64,000 nt of DNA from Octopus sinensis (lineage: Eukaryota). The DNA lies in NCBI RefSeq assembly GCF_006345805.1, contig NC_043001.1, positions 58,776,001 through 58,840,000 on the forward strand, in the 5' to 3' direction. A program made the position numbers and the translations under genes. The notes below the pieces were generated by a model that was given only the letters and a program-made list of their open reading frames with translations, made no database searches and had not been told where the DNA came from. Positions 40,632 to 53,849 of this stretch are shown here, piece after piece. Numbering within the stretch: position 1 is the first letter of the stretch; the number at the start of each line of letters is the position of its first letter.

Positions 40632-41857
40632 ACAAACTTAATGTTGTAGTTTTTTAATGACCTCCTGTTTTGAGTCTTCACACTGCAAATTATGTTATAC
40701 CTAAGAGTCTAAGGAATTTTTCAGCACTTAATTTTTCTCTGTAACTTGTTATTCACTGTTTTTCAAACGAGAAAACCCACTCCCAAGAAAGAAATGCATG
40801 TCACATTTTAAGAGATATCTTGATCATATCTTACAACATGTGTTCTTTTTTCTTTGTTTCTATGGTTCTTATAATTGACAGGATAGATGTATTTGACTCT
40901 ATACGTATTTTTTACTCTGGTGATATAGTTTTCGCACTGTTTCACCTAATTCTAATAGGAGCCAGGCTGAGAAGTTTTTTTAGGTATATGAGGGATCATC
41001 AAGTAGACACGATGGGTGTTTTTTGTAGGATCCTTCCACTGAATATAGATCTCTGCAACGGAAAGAGATTTTGAATGCAATCCAAAAGCTCACTCAACTG
41101 ATACAATTCACGGAGCTACAAAAATGTATAAGACATGAAAATGTTTCAAATATACATTGTAATCAAGTTTTTAGAGGTTAAACCTAAAAAGAATAGATAG
41201 CTACAAAAACGCAGTAAAATTTCTGCAATCTTTTTGGTTTTGCAAAGAATGTAGAATTTAAATGCTATATAGCTTTGAATTATATATAGCTAATTGAATA
41301 CATTACTCACAAAACATCATTTGCAAATAACTTCTGTATTTATTCTTGATATCCTCCTTTGTTGCACATAAACTGAATTTTTAATTTTTCTTTGCGTCTC
41401 TTTCTAATTGATTGAATCTTGTGTGTGTCAGGTCCTGACATAAAACAAATTCAATATTATATCTGAATGAGTTGGTTTGTGACAAAAAAAAAACACTGAC
41501 TTCATTCTTTATAATATCTCTAGAGTGAGCAAGTAAAACAGCCATTAGCTTGCATTATAGAACAAAGTAATAACAAAACAAACATTAAACTGTAAGTTAT
41601 TTCTTTACACATGGTATCAGTCTTTTTTAATTCTAAACATATTTGTTCCAAATTTAAGCAAAGTTTTAGGGATAGGGGTTTGTCGATCATAAAGACACCA
41701 GTGCTTGACTAGTAACTTATTTTATCGAACCTAAAAGAAAAAAGGTGAAATTAAAAGGAACAGGATTTCAACTCAAAGAGAGCGCCGGAAAAGTTATGCT
41801 TAGCACTTTATCCGACGCAATAACCACTATGGCGCTTCTCTAATATTAATAGTAAAG

Positions 41858-42045
41858 GCGCAAGACAAGAAATTTTGTGGGGAGGGGGCTAGTCGATTAT
41901 ATCGACCTTAGTATAGAATAAAAGAATAGTATAGAATAAAAGGCAAACTCAACCTTGGCGGGATTCGAACTCAGAACGTTGCAGTAGTTGAAATACTGCT
42001 AAACATTTCTCCCGGCATGCTAATGATTGTGTCAGCTCGCTGCCC

Positions 42046-42046
<1 letters not shown>
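41858..42046 (-). mobile_element. SINE family alpha
   Basis: GGCGGGATTCGAACTCAGAAC (reverse B box) and GTCAGCTCGCTGCCC (reverse head). Confidence 0.75.
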
Positions 42047-42094
<48 letters not shown>

Positions 42095-42115
42095 TAATAA
42101 TAATAATAATAATAA

Positions 42116-45100
42116 CACCGGGGGACGTTTAAGATGTAAGAACGATAAAACAGAGCTCCGAAATCTATCCACAAACATCGAAAACAAAGACATCGTATGG
42201 AGCCAAAAATTTACTAACAAAGGATTGGACTATATCCGAGTAAGTAATACTCATTGAAATTTGTTACTATTTTCGAAACAAAATGATGTATTTTTACTCG
42301 ATATCATCTCTACCTCTAACACAATACATGTAAACATGCGTGGACATTACGATCCATCAACACCAGATCATCCCCGACCCCAAACACCATGTACAAAAAA
42401 ACTACGAAGAAATTAAATACCACCGATAATATTCAACCCAAGAATAACAATCGGGAAGTACGTACTTTAAACTTACAACACAAAATGTACGAAAAACTAG
42501 ACGTGCAAAACAATGTGACAACAGAAATGAACGGACCGGTACCCTACGAAAATGACGACCGTCAAAATAATGGGCCGGGCGTTGTCCCTCATGTCCCACA
42601 AATAAAACCCAAAAGACATAAGTGGACACCACGTGAGGAATACATATCTATCCTACACGCATACTTCACAGCAGTGCTCTACACAAAAAATGAAAACACA
42701 ACACATACATATAAAATATGGAAGGAAAATAACATAAATATAGACTTGGATACAGCAATGAATCATAATAAACTAGCAAACGTACGAAAATACATTCTCA
42801 ACGCCAAAAAATATCAGAAATAGAAATAGAACATCTAAAAGAAAAAATACACCTGGAAAATGTAGATAGAAGCCACACAACAATATCCAATACTATAAAC
42901 ACTGAAACAGTAAAACACGAAGACAAACGTAACATTCCCAACAAACACAATGTAAACAAAAAACAACAAACCCAGACCGTAAGGATGCATAATAATACAC
43001 GACAAACAGCAAGCCAAAACACGGCAAACAAACATATAAATAAGAAAGATGGCGACACAAATCTAAAACCTGAAAACAACGAAGGGGAGCCTAATGATTA
43101 TGATAATATAAAAAGTAAAATAATCAAAGAACTGAAAACCACAGAGCTCAAAATGGACCACCGACCATACCTCCCAAAAATCAAAATAGACCAAACAACA
43201 ACACCAATTATAAACAGCATAAACCTAGCCGTCACGCAACTAATAGCCACTGAAACAAAAAGCGATATCACTGAGCTAAATGACTTAGTATACGCAGCAG
43301 CCACTGCAGCCACAAAAGAAGCTGGATACTCACTCAAACCCATCCAAACAGGAGTACCACCACCCAAACAAACCCTGTGGATAAATAACATCCAAAACAA
43401 AATACAAAAAAATGAGAAAAGATCTGTCGATTCTTAATGAAATCAGTAGGCAAACAACGCTACTGAGCAACAAAAAGAAAACAAAAATACTCCGCAAACA
43501 TAACATCACAGAAAAAGATTTACCTGAGATAAAAGAAAAGCTGAAGCAAGATATCCTTGCCAAAGCACAAAGGATCCGCCGGTACAAGAAATGCCAACGC
43601 TTCTTTGAAGAAAACAAAAAGTTCAACTCTAACACCAAAAAGTTCTACCAAGAACTTGGCAAAAATAAAATAGAAATCACTGCAGCACAAACGGCAGAAG
43701 AAGTGGAAGAATTCTGGAGAGAAATATGGTCGGCGAACGAACAACCAAAAAAAAAAAAAAAGAAAGTAGTATTAAAACAACAAACTCAGCATCTGAGCAA
43801 CTTTGGACCCCCATAACAACTGAAGAGGTCGCCCAGGCACTGCAAAGACTAAGCAACTGGAAGGCATCTGGGCATGACAAGATCCCCAACTTCTGGTTGA
43901 AATATCTAACAGGAATGCACAAAAAACTGGCTGAAAACTTTAACAACATACTAGCAGAGCCAGGAACAATGCCTGAATGGCGCACGAAGGAGAAAACCAT
44001 CTTAATTCCAAATTCAAATGGGACAGCGAAACTAGAAGACTACAGACCAATAACCTGTCTCCCTACAATGTACAAGGCATTTACTGCAGTGATATCGCAA
44101 AGGTTGAACAAGCACCTCGACGAAAACAACCTGTTTCCAGAAGAGCAGAAAGGATGCTGCAAAGACTCATATGGCTGTAAAGATCAACTAGCTATTAACA
44201 AAGTAGCACCAACAATCAATAAATTCATAGGGCACTCTATGAATACATGGCAAAGAGTGCTACAGCTCCAAACAAAAGAGGGACTCATGAAAACCAAAGA
44301 CATCCCCATTAGAAGAGTAATATTCCAGGGAGACACGCTCTCTCCACTCCTTTTCTGCTTGGCACTGTCACCCCTATCTGATATGCTAAATAGAACTGGA
44401 TGCGGATATAAATGTTACGGCAAAACGATCAGCCAACTTTTATATATGGATGACCTAAAACTATACGCTGAAAATGACAAACAGCTGGAAACACTATTAA
44501 AGACAGTTCATGGATTTACCAAAGAAATAGATATGAAATTTGGATTAGAAAAATGCGCCAAAGTAACCCTGAAAAGAGGAAAACTAGTTAAGAGTAGCAA
44601 CATCACACTAGATAAAACCAATGAAATAAAAGAATTAGACTAAAGCCAAACTTACAAATACTTTGGAATCCATGAACTAGATAAGACACAACACACACAA
44701 ATGAAAGAGAAAATAAAAAAAAAGAATATTATAGACGAGTTAGATCAATAGTAAAAACAGAGCTCAATGCTAACAACAAGATAATAGGTATTAACACTTT
44801 AGCTGTCCCAGTTATGAGTTACAGCTACAATATCCTTAACTGGACACTAAATGAACTGACCAAAATAGATAGGAAAACATGAAAAATAATGACAGGATCT
44901 AGGATGCATCACCCAAAATCTGACACAGAAAGACTATATATACAACATATAGAAGGTGGTAGAGGCCTTATACAACTGGAAAACTACAATAAAATAACCA
45001 CCATAGGACTGCAAAAATACCTACTTCAAAAGGAAGGAAAACTGATACAAATAGCGGTAAAACACGAGCAAGACAAAAACTGTTCTCAGTATTTAAGGAA

Positions 45101-45307
45101 GCTGACAAATACAAACAAGAAATCATACCACCTAATAAATATGAAGAAGAAGAAAGAAGAAGAAGAAGAAGAAGAAAGAAGAAGAAGAAGAAGAAGAAGA
45201 AGAAGAAGAAGAAGAAGAAGAAGAAGAAGAAGAAGAAGAAGAAGAAGAAGAAGAAGAAGAAGAAGAAGAAGAAGAAGAAGAAGAAGAAGAAACACATCAA
45301 AAGCTAT
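42116..45307 (+). mobile_element. R4/Dong family 1 copy C: probably includes the true 5' end and Myb-like N-terminus; 3'-truncated and disrupted
   Basis: Starts right after (AAT)n. Peptides KRHKWTPREEYISILHAYF..TYKIWKE..NKLANVRKYIL, LWINNIQNKI, KAQRIRRYKK. RT near-identical to copy A. Frameshifts, TAA at 44641, a 120-bp in-frame deletion at 44190, and (GAA)n at 45143-45292. Confidence 0.92.
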
Positions 45308-45845
45308 TTTGCAACAATTATGGACTTGACAGAGCAAAAAATGGTACGAGCACAAACCTGAAGGCATCGTCGAAAATAGAAAATCGTTTATCCTATGGGA
45401 TTTTATGATTCAGTGCGACCATGCGATTGAGAATCGGAAACCAGACATAGTCTTAATTGATAAAGAAAACAAACTATACTGGATCATAGACATAACAAGC
45501 CCAGCTGACAACAATGTGTGCGATAACGAAGAAAGAAATTTCGAGAGATATGACAGGTTAGCTTGGGAAGTTAAGCAGTTGTGGTCGATACAAAAAGGTA
45601 GCAGTAATACCAATAATAGTCCGAGTCCTCGGAACAGTGAGCAAAACTCTCGAGAAATACGTGGGACAAATAGGGATTGCAATTGGGGTGGAGCACTTGC
45701 AGAAAACAGCACTGCTTGGAACCGCTCGAATACTCCGGAAGATGCTCGAGAAATAGGAGTTCTTAGTTATCTTAGTTCACTGGAAGTAAATAGCTGACAC
45801 TAGTGTTAGAAGCTGTGCAAAGGCAACAACAGGAGCGATATATTC
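45308..45845 (+). pseudogene. RLE-containing 3' end of a different R4/Dong family (family 2)
   Basis: NNYGLDRA..WYEHKPEG..ILWDFMIQCDHAIENRKPDIVLID..IIDITSPAD, VIPIIV..LGTVSK, LQKTALLGTARILRKML; clearly diverged from 22210-22660. Confidence 0.8.
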
Positions 45846-46559
45846 AAAATTGGTAAAGGGAAAATTTGTTGAAGATAAATTAAATTTAATATTCTTACTG
45901 AATACGTTAGTATTATTTATTTTCTGGTCGGTTTCGCTGCCATTCGTTTATGCAGTTTGATTTCTTTTCCATCAGTTTCTACTAAGATAGAGACGCGAGT
46001 AAAATTAATAGTAGAGAGACGAAAATAAAACTTTCAAGGAAGATTAATCAGAGAAAAACTTTAAAGAACGTAAGATTGTAATACTTCGTGTAATGTAAAG
46101 TAAATATAACAGACATCCAGAATCCTTGATCAGTACCGGATCGATCCCAAAATCTAATCAGTTCGTGCCAGTCACGAGGCCAAACATCCCTGAAAGTTCA
46201 TCCGAACCCATCCAGCATTTCTTGAGATATCTTGTTCACGGACAAAGGTGGAGGTAATAATAATAGTAATAATAATAATAACTACCTGGACCCGTAAAAA
46301 CTCAAGGGAGAATATGGAAATGTAAGCATCTGTAAATTGCGTGTAGGTGCCATGAGAAATGATTCTATATTGTGTCAATTACAGAAAATAGAGAGAGGCG
46401 TGAAACCGATAACTATATAATCGAACCAAAATATCTCAGTTACGCAAACGTAAACAGAATTAACATTTAGACTGAAAATACATTATACATATTCAAAGGA
46501 GGTATTCAAAGGAGGTATGGAATGTTGGTTTAGAGGTACGGAATGTTCTTCTGATAAGC

Positions 46560-46790
46560 TTTTTCTTTTTAACTTTTCTCAGTAATTTGACGCTGTCCAT
46601 GCTGCAGGGAACACCGCCTTTTAGTCGAAAGAATCGTCCCTGGATGTATTCCCTGTAAGCCTGGTGCTTGTTCTGTCAGTTCTTCTGCAGAACAGCTACG
46701 TTGCGGGGAACACAAACACAGCAACTTTGGTTGTCAAGGGATGGTGATAGAAGGACAAATACTGACACAAACACGGTCATATATGCATAC
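46560..46790 (-). mobile_element. SINE family beta 3' body adjoining a (TA)/(CA) tract
   Basis: Similar to 59690-59880 (CACCGCCTT-TAGTCGAA, GTAAGCC..GT.CTT, GAAC.GCTA). Confidence 0.55.
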
Positions 46791-46812
46791 CTATATATAT
46801 ACATATATATAT

Positions 46813-46853
<41 letters not shown>

Positions 46854-46860
46854 TATACAA

Positions 46861-46905
<45 letters not shown>

Positions 46906-47352
46906 AATACACACATATATATATGTGTATATATATATATATTATATATATATATATATATAATATAATTCAAGACAAAACCACTATTTTAAAACCAAAC
47001 AATTAAGAAGGACGGTTACCTTAGCTTTCTCGCTCATAAGAAGTTTGTCATTAAAGCGTATTTTCAGATCACAAATACGCTGGCGTAAAATCACTTCAAA
47101 TATGGATAGAGAAATGTCTCTCAATAAAAGTAAAGAATAGGTGATTACCTCCCTGTGCCACAGCGAGGCACTTTTCACACCATATTTGTAGAGGCGTTAG
47201 GCCAGCATGTTTGGCGTTTGAAGATACGCCGTAATAACAAATCCATTATGAGTACGAAACGTAGGGTTACCACTTAAACCAGCCTTCCCCATTATAATAT
47301 TAACTGCACTAAATCTTAGAGTGTGCTTCTCCACTAGCTTTATATATATATA

Positions 47353-48966
47353 CAGTTGCGGCCAAAATGTTCAAAACGGCATTGTTTTCGGCAGAAAAGT
47401 AAGTATAAGTTTTTATCAAAGTTGTTTTGTATTCTATAATTTTCACAGAGAATAAATACAATATTAATTGTTATTGTCTGAGATGTTGGTGTAATTTGAG
47501 AGGATAATACAAAAGTTATGGATGATTTAGTGATTTACTGCAAAACCCATGACGGCCAAAATGATCAGAACGGTTGAAAAAATAACAAAATAATCAAAAA
47601 TGACAGAGAATACTGGAATTATTTAATATTTAGTGTGAAGCCCTTCATCACACTTTGACATCTTCGACTGCATGAGGAAATTAAATTTTCAATTTCTTGC
47701 TGGGTGATCTTATTCCATTCTTCCTGAAGGGCATTCCATAATTGCTCAGTTGTTGGCTTTCGAACGTTCTCCTAGAATATTCCATACATTTTCAATAGGA
47801 TTGAGATCTGGGCTGTGAGCTGGCCAATCCATAGCAATAACCTTTTCAGCCTTGAGGTAGTTCATGACCACCTTAGCCTTGTGACATGGGGGCATTGTCT
47901 TGCATGAATATGGGTGGTCGCTTAGTTCAATTTCTCAGCACAGGCAAGACATGATCTTTTACAAGTTGTTTATAAACTCCTGCATTTAACTTTCCATGTA
48001 ATCGCACCAAAGGGCCCACACCATCTCCAGATATCATTCCCCAAACCATGACACTACCTCCACCGAATTTAACACTAGTCTTAAGGCATTTAGGCAACAA
48101 TTTTTCACCTACTTTTCTACGAACGTACCTTTTCCCATCTGAGCCAAATAGCATAAACTTAGATTCCTCACTGAAATGCACTGTTTGCCATTTTTCTTGA
48201 GACCACAACACATGTTCGGTTGCAAAGGTAAGACGACACTTTTTATTCTTGGAGCTGATCAGTAGCTTCACTGCAGGCGCTCTTGCTTGTAGGTCATATT
48301 CAACTAAACGACGAGACACAGTTTTTCGAGATTAAGTTTTCTTCAATACAATGCTCATTTTCCAAGAAACAACAGCAGCAGTTTTAAATCTGTCCTTTTT
48401 AACCAACTTTACCATAGCACGATCTTCTCTCTTGGTCGTTTTCTTTTTGGCCTACCTGTAAACTTTCTTGCTTCACACGAACCACAATCATCGTAGACCT
48501 AAAGAATACCGTGTACAACACTTTTTGACTTGTTAACAATCTTTGCAATATATCTAATACTTAAATTATCCTTCTTTCGAAGCTTAATAATCTGCTGACG
48601 AATTGGTAACGGAGTAAGTGGCATTATATTAACAAAGTACACTGCAAATATTCTTACTAATGTTTAGTAAACGAACCGTCACGTAAACAAATTCAAAACA
48701 TTAGAGTTCACCGGTTAAATATACTGAAACACGGAGTACAAGCAACCGTTCTGATCATTTTGGCCGCCATTGATTTTGCAGTAAATCACTAAATCATCCA
48801 TAACCATTGTATTATCCTCTCAAATTACACCAAAATCTCAGGCAATAACAAATAATATGGTATTTACTGTCCGTGAAAATTATAGAATATAAAACAACTT
48901 TGATAAAAAATTATATCTACTTTTCTGACGAAAACATTGCCGTTCTGAACATTTTGGCCGCAACTG
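47353..48966 (-). mobile_element. Tc1-family transposon (DD34E) with ~224-bp IR/DR terminal repeats; transposase disabled
   Basis: TA|CAGTTGCGGCC...GGCCGCAACTG|TA; TIRs at 47353-47576 and 48743-48966. Minus-strand transposase ~48624->47623 (MPLTPLPIRQQIIKL, VHFSEESKF, KFGGGSVMVWG, QDNAP, WPAHSPDLNPIENVW) with stops and frameshifts. 1614 bp. Confidence 0.93.
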
Positions 48967-49494
48967 TACATATGTATGACGGGCTAGTTTCAGTTTCCGT
49001 CTACCAAATCCACTCACGAGGCGAAAGTAGACGACACTGTTTGCCGACGTTACTCCCTAACCCATTTTTGGGGGGATATTCCCAATCTTCTGAGTTCTTT
49101 TCACAGGTAAACACCGTTTGAAATTTGCCTTAGTTTTTGTATGGAGAAAAAGGAAGGGAGTGGAACGCTCTTGGTAGTTTATAGAGAAAACATTAAATGT
49201 GTTTGAAAAAAGCATGAACACGAAGAACTATCAAAGGAAGCGAATAAGTACAACTAAGTATAACTAAGAAGAGACAACTAACACTCGATCATTCTAGAAC
49301 TCCCAGAATGAAAATGTTAACACATGAAAGACTTTCTCTCTATTCATTGCTAAATGTCCTCCCGTTTTCATTGTTAAAAGTAAAGAAGCTAGAAAAGAAC
49401 GATTGTTTTTCGGTCTAATTGTTATTTCAAATGACTGGTGCATCCCTTTCTCTGTCTCTATCACTTCATTCCTTTTCTCTACGGTTTAGAGAGT

Positions 49495-49810
49495 GAAGGT
49501 GTGTGGCTCAGTGGTTAGGGGTATTCGGCCCATGATCGTAAGATCACGTGTACCATTCTCGGCGACGCGCTATCTTCTTGAGCAAGTTACTCTACTTCAC
49601 CTGGCAGCAATTCACTCAGCTGGCAAAAGTGAGTTGTTCAAAGGGGCAAGCCCTGTCACTTTCTGTGTGAGGCTAAATCTCCTTGAGAAATACGTTATGG
49701 AATGCATGTCTGTGGAGTACTCAGCCACTTGCGCGTTAATTTTACGAGCAGATTGTCCTGTCAATCAGATAAACAGGAATCTAGTCCTCGTTAGCGACGG
49801 AGTGTCGTTA
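49495..49810 (+). mobile_element. tRNA-derived SINE family gamma
   Basis: Head GAAGGTGTGTGGCTCAGTGGTTAGG (A box); body repeated at 50103-50255. Confidence 0.75.
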
Positions 49811-50102
49811 TTTTAAAAAAGACTGAAAGAAAAGGAAATGTTCCATATCGTAAGGCAAAAATACCATGTGTTTAGTATAAGCTGTGAAAGCTAAGACGAA
49901 ATAATTGCTATTTCGTCGAGTAGTTTTTCGCCCTGGCCTCACGCTAAGTTTGATAATAACAGCCTGTGCATCGGTGTTTATCTGGAAGCTTGGCCTCCAC
50001 ATCTGTAAGACCAACAAATGCCGCTGTTACCACCGGATAAAACGTTATTCCTACCCCTATATAGGATCTTTTTCATTTTCCCCCAACCACTTGAAGGTTT
50101 AT

Positions 50103-50255
50103 CTTGCACCAGTCAACTCAGCTCGCCAAAATGAGTTGTAGCTGTAATTGAAAGGGGCCAGATTGGTCACATCTTGTGTGAGGTTGAATCTCCCTGAGAA
50201 ATACGTTAATGGTATGCATGTATGTGGAGAACTCAACCACTTGCGAGTTACTTTT
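50103..50255 (+). mobile_element. SINE family gamma body fragment
   Basis: CTCAGCT.GC.AAA.TGAGTTG...AATCTCC.TGAGAAATACGTTA..G..TGCATGT.TGTGGAG shared with 49615-49730. Confidence 0.65.
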
Positions 50256-50559
50256 ATCCTAGTGTGGTAATAAAAAGTGAAAGCAGCATCCAACGTTTGA
50301 TGTAGTTATTTGTCTTTGATTTTACAATGTGTCTACGTATTTATATATCTCTCCCTTTCTCACTTCCTATGTGTCACTCCTCGCTCCCGCTTTTGATTTA
50401 ATGTATGTATGTATCTATGTCTCTACTTATTTTCGATTTATGTATCTACTTTTCTTTTAATATATGCAGCAGTTTGCTCTGAAAATATTAATAACAATTT
50501 ATTAATATTTGCCGAGAAAGAGACAGAGGGAGTGCGTGTGTGTGTGTGATAGAGTCAGA

Positions 50560-50715
<156 letters not shown>

Positions 50716-51234
50716 GTAACATTTCTTCTCGGAATTATCATATGTCGGATTTATTATATAAGGTCTTCCGGCGTTTTCTATACGAGAATGATTCCATTCT
50801 CTTTCACTATTATTCTCTATCCACTCCTTTCCTTCACTCTATCTCTTTAAATATTTCTGTTTCCTCCCCTTCTCTCTCCCTCTCCCATGTCTCCTTGCCT
50901 CTAACTGTCCTCCTGCGTTTAACGCGTTATATTTGTCTTAATTTCAGAGCTATCAATCTCCCCCCACTCTCTCTCACTCTTTCTCTCTCATTTACTCAAT
51001 CACTCAATCCCTCTTACTTCCTAATCTTTGCTGTTTTGACTCTCACTTCAACTATACTTCCTCTGCTTCTGTCCCTCCCCTCTCTCCCGTTTTGCCACTC
51101 ACTTCAATTATTCCTCCTCTGCTTAACACCTTTTATTTCTCTGTTTCTTTGTACCTCTTCCTTCAATCTTTTCCTCTTCATTTGAAGTAAGTGTGACACA
51201 TACCACAGGTACGTACGAAAAGAAAAAATAACTA

Positions 51235-52748
51235 AGCGTAAGCACTAACAGTAGATGAAGTGGCAGATTTCTGGAAAGACATATGGTCGGCGAAGGAACA
51301 ACCTCAGCAAAGATTTATCAAAACAACGAACGCAGCACTTTAACAACTCTGGACCTTATAGTAACTAAAGAGATCACCCAGCACTGCAAAATCTAAGCAA
51401 CTGGAACACACCAAGGCGCGTCAAAATCCCCAATTTATGGTTAAAATACCTAACAGGAACACATAAAAAGCTGTTTGAGAAATTTAATGAATTGCTAAAA
51501 GAGCCAGAGACAATTTCTGAATAGCTTATGGCAGGGAAAACTATCCCAATTCCTAAATCCAGTAAAAAATGTGCCAAAGCAACCCCGAAAAGAGGAAAAC
51601 TAGTTAAGAGTAGCAACATCACACAGGGTAAAGCAAATGCAATAAGAGTATTAGACCAAAACCAGACATACAAATACTTAAGAATCAATTAACTATACAG
51701 GATACAGACAAATGACAGAGAGGATAAGAAAATGATACTATAGACGAGTTAGATTCATACTGAAAACAACTCAAGACTAATACAAAAAGCGACAAAACAT
51801 GAACAAAACACGAAATTGTTTTCAATCTTGAAGTTGTCGAATACAAAACTGAAGTCATAGTACCTAAGAACTATGAAGAAAAGGAAGAAGCAATAAAAAC
51901 TGTATAACAAATGAAATCCAAACTAAAACTAGAACAGCGTAATAAAACAATGGCAAGAAATGCTCCTTCATGAAAAATATTGGGTTCAGCTAAACAGAAA
52001 AAAATAGACAAATCAAAATCCGAAAGAGGCTTTAGAAGCTCAAGACTTAAAGCAAAGACTGAAAGATTTTAAATTGCAGCACAAGATCAAAATACTCCAC
52101 CAGAAAGTAGCAAAACCGTGTAATGAAAAATACAACAATAACTGCGGAATATATGGAGATGCACAAGAAACAATAATTCATATTGTTTCTGGCTGCCCAG
52201 TTCTGGGTGAAAAAGAATATATTCACCTGTATACATTGGAAGGTATGCAAACACTATGGACTAATAACTGAAAAATGATGGCATACCCACATGCCAGAAA
52301 AGGTCACAGAAATTGAGAAAGGAACTATACTCCAGAATATACCAATACACACAAATAGAGAAATTAAGACCAATAGGCCGGATATAGATGTCAGAAATCA
52401 CGAAGAAAAATGCATTCTAATCGATTTATCAATACCAACAGATGACAATGTTTCTCTAAAACAAACGGAAAAACTTTAAATGTACAAAGTCCTGGAAATA
52501 GAGGTAATTCGAATATGGAGCCTAAAAACAGAAACAATATTCAGACAAATACATAGCAAAAACCTCAAGTTTAACAAGTATATACAACATACAGAAAATA
52601 GCATTACTAGGCACCGCACACGTCCTGCGTAAAACGCTTTCAATATAGTGAAATTAAGAGAATCACAACAAACAACAGCACGTACCCAAGGCACACAGAA
52701 CTGTACTCGGTTACGCAGTGAAATCACGTGATAAAAGTAAGTCTACTG
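51235..52748 (+). mobile_element. R4/Dong family-1-like copy D: old, multiply deleted, with (AAT)/(AAC)n tail to ~52835
   Basis: Blocks match copy A (AAATGTGCCAAAGCAACCCCGAAAAGAGGAAAACTAGTTAAGAG; AATGAAATCCAAACTAAAA; CCCAAGGCACACAGAACTG..CTCGGT; CTACTGAATAATAAT). Confidence 0.8.
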
Positions 52749-52835
52749 AATAATAATAATAATAATAATAACAACAACAACAGCAACAACAACAACAACA
52801 ACAACAACAATAATAATAATAATAGTAATAATAAT

Positions 52836-53220
52836 TGAAGAGTGAAGAAGCCAATGAAATCAACGCTAATGGTGCGAATCTAGTGACAGCTGTTAATACT
52901 TGGGCAGTATCAATACTTAGATACTCAGCAGCGTTTATAGGTTGGATGAAACCTGTAGTAGCAAAGCGAGACAAAAGAACTAGGAAAGAATTCAATATGA
53001 ATGGAAGTCTTCACACAGGGGACGAGTAGCAACATTATACTTAACTAGAAAGGAAGGTGGAAGAGGGTTAATATCAGTACAAAATTGCGTGGAGTGAGCT
53101 AGAGGAGATATAGACGCCTACTTAGGTAACAGTGAAAAAAGTTTACTAAGAGCTCCTAGAACCACAGATATGTAGGAAGATACGATTTGAACATACTGAT
53201 AAATGGTATGAACATGAACC
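52836..53220 (+). pseudogene. Old R4/Dong-clade post-RT fragment
   Basis: NGANLVTAVNTWAVSILRYSAAFIGW...DKRTRK..MNGSLH and RKEGGRGLISV motifs. Confidence 0.7.
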
Positions 53221-53228
53221 TATAAAAG

Positions 53229-53248
53229 TATCATCATCATCATCATCC

Positions 53249-53297
<49 letters not shown>

Positions 53298-53318
53298 TAT
53301 TATTATTATTATTATTAG

Positions 53319-53351
<33 letters not shown>

Positions 53352-53400
53352 CATTATTATTATTATTATCATTATTATTATTATTATTATTACCACCACC
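53229..53400. repeat. (ATC)n/(ATT)n microsatellite
   Basis: Directly visible. Confidence 0.95.
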
Positions 53401-53479
53401 ACCCGGCTAATCCTAGGGCAATATTTAAGGAAAAAATCCTTTAAGTCCCAGTGCGAAATCCTCAGACTAGACACATGGT

Positions 53480-53830
53480 TCACGTCGAAATCTAGAGTCG
53501 CCCTGAAAACGTCATCGCACTGATCCACTATTATTTCTGCAAGGAATGCCTAAGTGGAATTTCCACCGACCACACTACTGTGCGAGGATTTTGGGAGCCT
53601 GAAATTACTACAGGTGCCAGGAACTGCACATCGGTCTACGATTGATCCAGAACTGCAGCTCAGTCACAGAGACGAGCTGTGGAAGAGCGAATCTGAAAAA
53701 CGGTGACGCATCTGCTCAGTCAAAGACGCAATTGAAATGTCGTGGACTCAGCGTATGACTGTCCTGATGAGCCGACACGCAGCAAGACCATATTTCGGTC
53801 TCGATGAGCCGAGGTCTCTTGCAACTCAAA
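53480..53830 (+). pseudogene. Possible RTE-clade C-terminal fragment, very decayed
   Basis: Loose motifs FHR...RILG, KTQLKC.G and SKTIF resemble the RTE motifs FH.RCLRRILG, KRRQLKWFGH and SKTILQG. Confidence 0.35.
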
Positions 53831-53849
53831 TCTAGCAGATATGTGCAGC

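Noticed and set aside
39529-40635. 368-aa ORF with N-terminal YLSI repeats fused to RT
   Set aside because: The N-terminus is simply the (TATC)n array read in frame with a truncated Tx1; it is not a real fusion protein.
46100-46245. Fragment resembling a widespread non-autonomous repeat (CCAAAATCTAATCAGTTC...GAGATATC)
   Set aside because: Single short copy in the window with no termini visible, so it cannot be classified from the sequence alone.
50742-51185. 147-aa Leu/Ser/Phe-rich ORF
   Set aside because: Translation of a low-complexity polypyrimidine tract.
53755-53830. CTGATGA followed by a hairpin (hammerhead-like)
   Set aside because: No properly placed GAAA or stem III on the + strand; the region is better explained as decayed RTE coding sequence.
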